Source: a virus
Taxonomy: Duplodnaviria > Heunggongvirae > Uroviricota > Caudoviricetes
Length of the DNA: 27,765 nucleotides
Direction: 5' to 3' (one strand)
IMG/VR virus record: IMGVR_UViG_2910596823_000004
Position numbers and translations under genes: made by a program. Shown in pieces: positions 1 to 6,092 of the stretch. The notes under the pieces were generated by a model. The model ran no database searches. It was not told the origin of the DNA and worked only from the letters and a program-made list of their open reading frames with translations. The first letter of the stretch is position 1. Each line of letters opens with the position of its first letter.

Positions 1-5
1 GCTGA

Positions 6-305
6 ACAGGAGGGACAGCTGATAGAAACAGAAGCCACTGGAGCACCTCAAAAACACCATCATACACTAAATCAGTAAGTTGGCAGCATCACCTACAGTC
101 TATTTCATATAATGGTAAAAGTGGCGACGATCTTAAATTTATTTATTCCGAAAGCTACCCAGGCTTAGATGAGACTAAGACCGAGTTTTCTGTGCCTCTT
201 TCCGACGCGAAAACAAGAGTTGAATATAGAAATCTGGCATTCAAGGTTGTTGATATGGATGGCACTACAATCCGCTACCACGTTTTACCATCCGGCAATA
301 AATAA
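6..305 (+). pseudogene. 3' remnant of a gene entering from the left edge (possible lipoprotein-like beta protein), apparently frameshifted
   Basis: Frame 3 is open 6-305 (...LQSISYNGKSGDDLKFIYSESYPG...EYRNLAFKVVDMDGTTIRYHVLPSGNK*) but has TGA at 3-5 and no early ATG. Frame 1 is open only 1-78. It converges on the terminator at 323-342. Confidence 0.35.
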
Positions 306-311
306 ACCACT

Positions 312-345
312 TTAATAAAATAAAGGCGCCGTTTGGCGCCTTATT
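312..345 (-). terminator. Intrinsic terminator of the par operon, probably bidirectional
   Basis: Stem AAGGCGCC/GGCGCCTT (323-342) with a 4-nt loop, followed by TATTTTATT on the minus strand, immediately after the stop at 347. Confidence 0.75.
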
Positions 346-346
346 C

Positions 347-706
347 TTAGCCTTTCTTCATCAGCTCACGCTTGATTTCATCGGTGCGCATCGTGACGTC
401 GGCAGCGGTGATCGCCTCGTTCAGTTTCACGATGTCCTCGATTTCCTGCGGCGACTTCTCTGCCAGATGGAAAATGGCTGCACGAATCACGTCAGAACGG
501 GTGAACTTCTCGAAACGAGGGATGAACTTCATCATCTCCAGCAGATCGAAGTACTCGTCTTCCAGCGACATTGTGCGGCTCTTAATTTTCTCTTTCCCAC
601 GAGTCGGACGCCCCTGCGGTCTGACTGGCTGGCGCATTGGGGTGCTGCTTTTTGGCTGCTCTTCCGGCTCTTTGCGCTTTGCAAGGTCTCCCATTCTCAT
701 GGACAT
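347..706 (-). CDS. Type Ib partition adaptor (ParG/ParB-like centromere-binding protein, ribbon-helix-helix)
   Basis: 119 aa, coupled to parA by a TAATG overlap; flexible basic N-terminus followed by an RHH pattern (SRTMSL beta strand, EDEYFDLLEMM helix, TRSDVIRAAIFHL helix). Confidence 0.75.
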   Translation of the reverse strand: MSMRMGDLAKRKEPEEQPKSSTPMRQPVRPQGRPTRGKEKIKSRTMSLEDEYFDLLEMMKFIPRFEKFTRSDVIRAAIFHLAEKSPQEIEDIVKLNEAITAADVTMRTDEIKRELMKKG

Positions 707-1371
707 TATTCTTCCTCCAGACTCATGATGTAATCTACAAACTCTTCGAACTCGGCTTCTGCCTTCTTATCGCGTTCGGCGCCAGTCATTTCAAAGATAG
801 AACGACCTGCCTCTTCCGCGTCGTCATAAACGTTACGGTTGTACAGGTTAACCGGCGCAGCCTCGATGCCAAATGTCTCGACAATTTCTTTCGCCGCCAG
901 AATACGTGATGCCTGGGAAGGCAGTGACGGACACTGGTTCACTACCGCGCGGATCTTCACTGTCTCGTTCACATTGCGAACGTTGTCGATGATCGGGTCG
1001 ATATCACGCAGAGATTTCAAATCACGACGTTTAGGACGCAGCGGGATGATAATCACGTCAGCCATAAGCATCGCCAGACGCTGAATTTCGGAGTCAAAGC
1101 CACCAGCATCTACCACTACATAATCGGTGCGCCCCTGAAGCGATTTAAGATGTTTGACGATATCATCCTGAACATATGCGAAGGGAATCAGCTCAAGATC
1201 ATCATTCTGGCGACGGTCTTCACACCAGCTCGTCGTGGTACGCTGGATATCGATATCGGTGACGTGAACCTTCTTTTTCTTTTTAACTTTGAGGCATACC
1301 GCAATTTGCTGGGCAACGGTAGATTTGCCTGGGCCGCCTTTTGTGCCGCCAACCACAATGATCTTGGTCAT
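706..1371 (-). CDS. parA: ParA Walker-type partition ATPase (short type Ib, no N-terminal HTH)
   Basis: Deviant Walker A KGGPGKST, DIDIQ A' motif, Walker B YVVVDAGG, and a downstream ADVIIIP motif; 221 aa. Confidence 0.93.
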   Translation of the reverse strand: MTKIIVVGGTKGGPGKSTVAQQIAVCLKVKKKKKVHVTDIDIQRTTTSWCEDRRQNDDLELIPFAYVQDDIVKHLKSLQGRTDYVVVDAGGFDSEIQRLAMLMADVIIIPLRPKRRDLKSLRDIDPIIDNVRNVNETVKIRAVVNQCPSLPSQASRILAAKEIVETFGIEAAPVNLYNRNVYDDAEEAGRSIFEMTGAERDKKAEAEFEEFVDYIMSLEEE

Positions 1372-1406
1372 TGGTGAGTTCCCTTTGCGTGAATTATTGT
1401 CGTATG

Positions 1407-1419
1407 AAACAACTTGTTT
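1407..1419. promoter_or_regulatory. Inverted repeat AAACAA-C-TTGTTT in the parA leader, candidate operator or parS element
   Basis: Perfect 6-bp arms between the predicted promoter and the parA start; function inferred only. Confidence 0.3.
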
Positions 1420-1434
1420 TCTTATATGTGATAT

Positions 1435-1463
1435 AGCCTAAATGCCTACGGCTGCGGTGTAAA
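1435..1463 (-). promoter_or_regulatory. Sigma70-like promoter of the par operon
   Basis: TTTACA-17 bp-TAGGCT on the minus strand, 64 bp upstream of the parA ATG. Confidence 0.55.
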
Positions 1464-1504
1464 GGTTAAATGATAGGTACTTGGGGAATGTGGAGCGTGG
1501 GATC

Positions 1505-1527
1505 AAAAAACCCGCCGTAGCGGGTTT
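1505..1527 (-). terminator. Intrinsic terminator closing the accessory operon
   Basis: AAACCCGC-TACG-GCGGGTTT followed by TTT, overlapping the stop codon of 1526-2275. Confidence 0.85.
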
Positions 1528-2275
1528 ATGGGAGAGAGATGATGTTGACGATGTGCGTACAAGAGCCTTTATCAAGTCGCAGCTCGCGGTCTCCCCACTC
1601 GTCTGTTACGCGACTTAAAGGCAAACTGCCAATATCCCACGGCAGGAAGCCGGTGGTAGAACCCTTTGCCTTGTCGCCGAGCTGGTCAAGACAACATTTT
1701 TTCACGGTATCGTAGATCATAACCTCGCCATATCTCCGCATAGTACCTGACCACATGGACGCACCCAGAATGGTTTGCAAATTGTCGCAAACGAGGTGGC
1801 GGTATTTGTCCAGTATGAAGCGATATGCTGTAGAGCCTATGCGGGCTGAGTCAAAAGGCGGTTCGAGATAAGCGCCTTTGATTTGCTTACCGAGGTATTC
1901 ATTCCCATCGACGCCAATAAACGAAAAATCGTTATAGGCAAACCGACCCACAACCTTCAGCTCTTCTGGGCTAAGAGTCGCATCCACGATCTCAATTTTG
2001 ATGATGTGTTCGGCAGCCTCAAACGCACTCATCCCCTCGTCATCCATAACCCGCGTGATTTCGTCAAATTGATAATCTGAGTTATAGGAGGGCAAAAGAT
2101 ACACAACGAGAAAGTTGTCGAACTCGCCTTTATCGGCACGCATCTCCACCAGACGAACAACATCGCCTTCTGGTGTCGCGAAATGAAAGGTCTCTAAAAT
2201 AGTATAGCCGCCCATAGAGAGCGGCATTTTGTTCAACTGCTTGTTGTAGCGTTCATCAATTAAAGAAGGTGCCAT
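1526..2275 (-). CDS. Hypothetical protein with a degenerate GNAT (acetyltransferase-like) C-terminal half
   Basis: 249 aa. KQIKGAYLEPPFDSARIGSTAYRFIL...LVCDNLQTILGASMW follows the GNAT beta4-alpha3 / beta5-alpha4 pattern, but the R/QxxGxG acetyl-CoA loop is degenerate. Confidence 0.55.
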   Translation of the reverse strand: MAPSLIDERYNKQLNKMPLSMGGYTILETFHFATPEGDVVRLVEMRADKGEFDNFLVVYLLPSYNSDYQFDEITRVMDDEGMSAFEAAEHIIKIEIVDATLSPEELKVVGRFAYNDFSFIGVDGNEYLGKQIKGAYLEPPFDSARIGSTAYRFILDKYRHLVCDNLQTILGASMWSGTMRRYGEVMIYDTVKKCCLDQLGDKAKGSTTGFLPWDIGSLPLSRVTDEWGDRELRLDKGSCTHIVNIISLP

Positions 2276-2682
2276 TGTTCTTTTTTGCGTTCTGGTAAAA
2301 CGCTTTCCTTGAGGTCGTTGAACTTATTCTTCATGAATTGTACAACGGCTTTCTCAATTTTTGGAACAATGGATTCTTTAACATCAACAATTTCGGGGTA
2401 CTGTTCCTGCGGCTTGAGGACAAAGCGCAATTTGTTATTGCGCACAACGACCTCTGCCAACGGAGTTACAGTTGAGGTGCTGTTGGAGATGTTCTCTGCG
2501 CGAGCAACATCACTTTTGAATGTGACAATGAAGTGCTGGCGGTCTGCTGTTTCGCGACATAACATGCGGCGCACTTCCACTGAGTCTTCACTGTTGTGAA
2601 AACGCATAGGGAAGCTATCGACTACCGCAGTGTTCGTGCGGATCGTTTGCATAGTACGTGTTTTGTCATGATAGTTGAGCAT
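2260..2682 (-). CDS. Hypothetical protein, first gene of the accessory operon
   Basis: 140 aa, strong RBS (TAAGGTGG) before the ATG, 16-nt overlap with the downstream gene; no recognisable motif. Confidence 0.75.
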   Translation of the reverse strand: MLNYHDKTRTMQTIRTNTAVVDSFPMRFHNSEDSVEVRRMLCRETADRQHFIVTFKSDVARAENISNSTSTVTPLAEVVVRNNKLRFVLKPQEQYPEIVDVKESIVPKIEKAVVQFMKNKFNDLKESVLPERKKEQWHLL

Positions 2683-2801
2683 GTTTCCACCTTAGCCGTT
2701 AAGACATTGATGTCGTGCGGCGACCCCATCGGGGTTTAGAGGCTACGAGAATGCAGCGCTTCTTTGAAATAATGTATGAATGTCTTGACACTCGTTGATT
2801 A

Positions 2802-2830
2802 AATCTACATCAGTCACAAACTAATTGCAA
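2802..2830 (-). promoter_or_regulatory. Sigma70-like promoter of the accessory operon
   Basis: TTGCAA-17 bp-TAGATT on the minus strand. Confidence 0.6.
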
Positions 2831-2867
2831 CCTGACCAATCCCCAAAACCCCGCTAATCACGGGCGC

Positions 2868-3110
2868 TTACGCGCTTTCGTCTGCTTTTTTGCCGCTCCA
2901 TTGGCACAAACGCTCGCCCACCATATTGTGAGTCAAGATCTGCCGCTCTGTCTCTTCGGTCATTAAATCCTCATTACTCACATAGATAGGGTTGGCTGTA
3001 TCGCAGAAGAGCACGCCGGAAGTCTGTGTCTTAATCACGCACCCACTTACCATGCAGCTCACGATGAACAGCAGAAGAGCCTTTCCGCCGCACTTCATTA
3101 AATGTCTCAT
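2868..3110 (-). CDS. Rz1: Outer-membrane spanin (o-spanin, Rz1-like lipoprotein)
   Basis: Start reassigned to MRHLMK (or M at 3098). Hydrophobic signal with lipobox VSGC, additional periplasmic Cys residues, overlaps the 3' end of the i-spanin in another frame. Confidence 0.85.
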   Translation of the reverse strand: MRHLMKCGGKALLLFIVSCMVSGCVIKTQTSGVLFCDTANPIYVSNEDLMTEETERQILTHNMVGERLCQWSGKKADESA

Positions 3111-3282
3111 TTTTGACGTCCACTGTACTTTGAAGCCTTTTCCTGTCTTCCTGCCTTGCCTTCTCTTCGATCGCTTGCCGAGCCGCACGACCACCCATCG
3201 CATAAGCACCGACAAGCACGAAAAGAACGGCAGCCAGGGTAATCAGAGCAATTTTCAACTTCGAAACCAGGCTGCCGAACAT
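3031..3282 (-). CDS. Rz: Inner-membrane spanin (i-spanin, Rz-like)
   Basis: Start reassigned to MFGSL, 1 nt after the endolysin stop. Single N-terminal TM (IALITLAAVLFVLVGAYAMG) followed by a charged helical periplasmic region. Confidence 0.85.
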   Translation of the reverse strand: MFGSLVSKLKIALITLAAVLFVLVGAYAMGGRAARQAIEEKARQEDRKRLQSTVDVKNETFNEVRRKGSSAVHRELHGKWVRD

Positions 3283-3283
3283 T

Positions 3284-3976
3284 TTAAACCATCCCTTTCT
3301 GGTGTTTGCGTACCTGAGACCAGGCAATAAAGCCGGCCACAATGATGGTGGCTACGCCAAAAATGATACGAACCGTATCACCGCTGGTGATATGACCTTG
3401 TGCCTTATCCATCGCCACAGACACTTGGGGCATTACGTCGGCCAGCTGCGCCAGCCCAATACCTGCCGTGACAGTTGCGCCAGCCGTTTCTTTGGTCACA
3501 GGAACCGCTTTAACCGTCTTGATCGGCTTAACGACGCCAGCGCGACGCAGACCTTCCTCAATAACTTCTGCCGCATACCAGGTGTTTGGCGTTTTCAGTG
3601 GGCCACGGCCGTTCTCGTGCCGAATGATCGCCTCTACCAGCGGACGCAGAGTGTCGTAGTCGTGTAGATCGATGATCATGTCCGGGGTGACACCAACGGC
3701 TTTAGATACCTCGTTCACGTAGGCACTGGTGTTGTTTTCGTTTGGCGGCGCCCAGCGCTCGATGACCTCGCGAATGGTATCGATGCTTGAGCCGTCCTTC
3801 GCCCGGCGCTTGTCGTGGTAAGTGATGAGCGTTACCGCCAGCGCTCGAATCCCCCATACAGGATCTTTGAACGTGCAGAAACGTGGTTCGGAAGGGTTGC
3901 TAATAAGCCCCTGCCACGGCGACCCCTTATCGAGATTGCCTGGGTTGTTGTTACGAATACCTCTTGGAGTTTTCAT
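3284..3976 (-). CDS. Endolysin candidate (RGIRNNNPGN lysozyme-like family) with a C-terminal membrane segment
   Basis: N-terminal RGIRNNNPGN, WAP..EN and IIRHENG motifs; lies between a holin-like gene and the spanins; C-terminal hydrophobic segments ending IIFGVATIIVAGFIAW. Confidence 0.8.
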   Translation of the reverse strand: MKTPRGIRNNNPGNLDKGSPWQGLISNPSEPRFCTFKDPVWGIRALAVTLITYHDKRRAKDGSSIDTIREVIERWAPPNENNTSAYVNEVSKAVGVTPDMIIDLHDYDTLRPLVEAIIRHENGRGPLKTPNTWYAAEVIEEGLRRAGVVKPIKTVKAVPVTKETAGATVTAGIGLAQLADVMPQVSVAMDKAQGHITSGDTVRIIFGVATIIVAGFIAWSQVRKHQKGMV

Positions 3977-3988
3977 CCTTGATCTCCT

Positions 3989-4312
3989 TTATTGCAGTCC
4001 ATTCTTGACGCCGTAGGCGGCTAACCCCAGCAGCAGCGCGGTAATCAGGAACGACGTAATCTTTGAGATAATGCCGCCAAAGAACCCGCTGGAGATGGTG
4101 TCGAGCCGGTTAAGAAGTTTGTCCAGGTTGGAGTGCTGAATGCTGTGTTGTGCAGGCGTCATATCGCCAAAGTAGGTTTTGAGCTGGTCATTGACCTCCT
4201 GGCCAATTTCTTCACGCAACTCCTTACCTAATTTGCCAACGACTTCACGCGCAACGATTGCGGCAATGCGTTCAACCTGCTCAGGCGTTACGCCTGCCAT
4301 CTCGTTCGACAT
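3989..4312 (-). CDS. Holin-like membrane protein
   Basis: Start reassigned to MSNEM (GGAGG RBS). 107 aa, soluble helical N-terminus and one C-terminal hydrophobic helix; first gene of the lysis cassette. Confidence 0.6.
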   Translation of the reverse strand: MSNEMAGVTPEQVERIAAIVAREVVGKLGKELREEIGQEVNDQLKTYFGDMTPAQHSIQHSNLDKLLNRLDTISSGFFGGIISKITSFLITALLLGLAAYGVKNGLQ

Positions 4313-4369
4313 GATTTCCTCCATGAAAAGTCAAATCGGGATGGCAGTTTTATATCACAATATAACTGT

Positions 4370-4399
4370 ATTTTGTAGGTAAGCACTTACCTACAAAAT
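4370..4399. promoter_or_regulatory. 18-bp palindromic box, copy A (4376-4393, TAGGTAAGCACTTACCTA), within a perfect 14-bp inverted repeat
   Basis: ATTTTGTAGGTAAG-CA-CTTACCTACAAAAT between cor and the holin-like gene; 3 mismatches to consensus TAAGTAAGTACTTACTTA. Confidence 0.7.
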
Positions 4400-4404
4400 G
4401 AGTT

Positions 4405-4638
4405 TTAAATTTTTGGGCATGAGCTTAGTGAGGTGAAAGCACCAGAGCCGACCCAACGCCAGTTAAAGACACTACCTGCACGGTATAATGTGTAATGCCC
4501 TTCTTTCTTAATCGCATAGATTGGCACACCAGTGTCAACGCCGCCTACCATTGCTCGCCCATAGCAAACCGGCTCTGGTAGTTTCTGGCACGCAGTCAAA
4601 GTTAAAGCCATACCTAAAATTAATATCATCTTTTTCAT
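4405..4638 (-). CDS. cor: Cor superinfection-exclusion lipoprotein
   Basis: 77 aa, lipobox LTAC, with the PVC.G.A.VGG....V.IY..K......YRAG..FNWRWV....F....C pattern of phi80/N15/T1 Cor. Confidence 0.88.
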   Translation of the reverse strand: MKKMILILGMALTLTACQKLPEPVCYGRAMVGGVDTGVPIYAIKKEGHYTLYRAGSVFNWRWVGSGAFTSLSSCPKI

Positions 4639-4649
4639 TCTATTCTCCG

Positions 4650-5258
4650 TTATCCGTAGAGGTTTCTGTTCAAAACTGGAACTCGGTTATTGATAGCTAA
4701 TGTAGCCCCACCGTTAATTTCATTAACGAGAATCGAACTCACGGTGTTCCCATAACATGTGTAACCGTATACTAGGGTCTTCGCACCACCCGGCATCGGT
4801 ATGGCGAATGCGTTAGCATATGTAGGCACAATAGCTACTGGATAATCAAAGTTGTGTTTATCTCCGCTGTTCCAGCTCTTATTATCAAGAAACGTAAATG
4901 ACAATGGAATATTTGCCGTGTTATAGATCTCCACTCCCGATGAATTAAAGAAACTCATCCCCCACTTCTCTTTTTTTGAAATGCCAGTTGCGAACACATA
5001 CACCGTTACACTGGAGTCGCTGCCTACCCCGCCGAAGCTGTAAATAACCTGGTTATTGCGAACTAATCGGCTTGCCAGTAGCGATACTGCCTTTGAATAA
5101 GCAACGAAAACAATAGGCGACCGATCTGGAGACAGGCCAGTATTGAACTCACTTCCGCCTCGCAACGACACCACATGCTTACTTTGGAACACCATCGGGG
5201 TAAGACTTGGAGACATCCAGACCTTCCCATCAGAACGAACAATTTTGCTTCCGTACAT
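4650..5258 (-). CDS. Tail-tip/receptor-binding-associated protein (larger gene of the phi80/T1-like pair preceding cor)
   Basis: 202 aa, beta-rich, begins MYGSKI; TAATG-coupled to the upstream 84-aa gene and directly upstream of cor. Confidence 0.55.
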   Translation of the reverse strand: MYGSKIVRSDGKVWMSPSLTPMVFQSKHVVSLRGGSEFNTGLSPDRSPIVFVAYSKAVSLLASRLVRNNQVIYSFGGVGSDSSVTVYVFATGISKKEKWGMSFFNSSGVEIYNTANIPLSFTFLDNKSWNSGDKHNFDYPVAIVPTYANAFAIPMPGGAKTLVYGYTCYGNTVSSILVNEINGGATLAINNRVPVLNRNLYG

Positions 5259-5512
5259 TATTTCTGAAACACCAATATATAAATTGTACCGCGAGCATCA
5301 GACCAGTTAATCGAGTTGCCCGATACCGAAACACTTCCAATATATCCATTGATTGTTTCCATTATGTAGTAATCAATTGACATACCTGGCTCAATTGCAT
5401 AACTTCTGCTGCCACTACCTGTCGGTAGAAAATAATCCAGATAATAAATTGGCGCTAATGCGTCAACCATTTCCTGACGGCTAGGCGACCAGATTTTTGC
5501 TCCATAACTCAT
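5258..5512 (-). CDS. Small tail-tip-associated protein (MSYGAKIW type)
   Basis: 84 aa; the N-terminal YG.KIW motif resembles the small genes that follow J in T1/phi80/HK97-like phages. Confidence 0.55.
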   Translation of the reverse strand: MSYGAKIWSPSRQEMVDALAPIYYLDYFLPTGSGSRSYAIEPGMSIDYYIMETINGYIGSVSVSGNSINWSDARGTIYILVFQK

Positions 5513-5527
5513 TATTTTCCCTCCGTG

Positions 5528-5551
5528 AAAAGAGGCACTAACGTACCTCTT
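5528..5551 (-). terminator. Intrinsic terminator after the adhesin gene
   Basis: AAGAGGTAC-GTTA-GTGCCTCTT (one G-U pair) followed by TTC. Confidence 0.6.
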
Positions 5552-5555
5552 AAAA

Positions 5556-6092
5556 TCAGACTCTGGAGACGGTAAACGTCGCTCCTACCTGATTGAAAAA
5601 CCAGTTTTGTGCAGTTAATGCGTAATAAGTCCGCACCCCATTCAGGTACATATAATTGACAAACGACAGCACAGTACCATTAAGAGATAGATTAAAGTTT
5701 TGTGCAGGCCCATTAACCAATCCCAAATAGAGATTTTGATAACCGCTTGGTTGATAAAAATGTCGGATTTCACAACCAAACAAGCTACCGCTTAGAGAAC
5801 CAGTAGGGCGCACGGTTAGAACGTTACTGAGTACATTCTGGATACTGCCTGTAGCGGTTGCAAAACCGGTGTAGTTAGTGGACACAATGACCCACTGCAT
5901 GTTTGTTACCTGCACGCGGGCATCATAAGTACTGCGTCCAGTTGTGATGGTAAAGTCGGCAGTAGATTTACCAACCAAGCCACTCATCCAGAACGGTGTG
6001 CCGACCTTAACAGCCGAGCCAGCGGCGGACATCCACCGCTGACCAGTTGTTGCGACGGCTGACGACCCGACCCATCCGGAGCCAATAGCCAT
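5556..6092 (-). CDS. Tail-fibre adhesin with a T-even gp38-type N-terminal attachment domain
   Basis: MAIGSGWVGSSAVATTGQRWMSAA...PFWMS..VGKS matches the Trp-rich gp38 N-terminus. TGATG-coupled to the fibre gene. The C-terminus lacks polyglycine motifs. Confidence 0.75.
   Translation of the reverse strand: MAIGSGWVGSSAVATTGQRWMSAAGSAVKVGTPFWMSGLVGKSTADFTITTGRSTYDARVQVTNMQWVIVSTNYTGFATATGSIQNVLSNVLTVRPTGSLSGSLFGCEIRHFYQPSGYQNLYLGLVNGPAQNFNLSLNGTVLSFVNYMYLNGVRTYYALTAQNWFFNQVGATFTVSRV

Noticed and set aside
2868-3342. ORF-track starts at 3215 and 3342 for the spanins (also 21044, 16009, 15312, 23886, 4324 for other genes)
   Set aside because: The extensions overlap upstream genes or bury signal peptides and RBSs; internal ATGs fit the RBS, lipobox and coupling evidence better.
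1424-4358. Shared ATATCACA octamer in the parA promoter and the holin upstream region
   Set aside because: Only two copies of an AT-rich 8-mer in opposite orientations; compatible with chance.
4345-4375. LexA (SOS) box in the cor-holin spacer
   Set aside because: CTGT is present but not in the CTG-N10-CAG arrangement; the CAGTT...AACTG arms have the wrong orientation and spacing.
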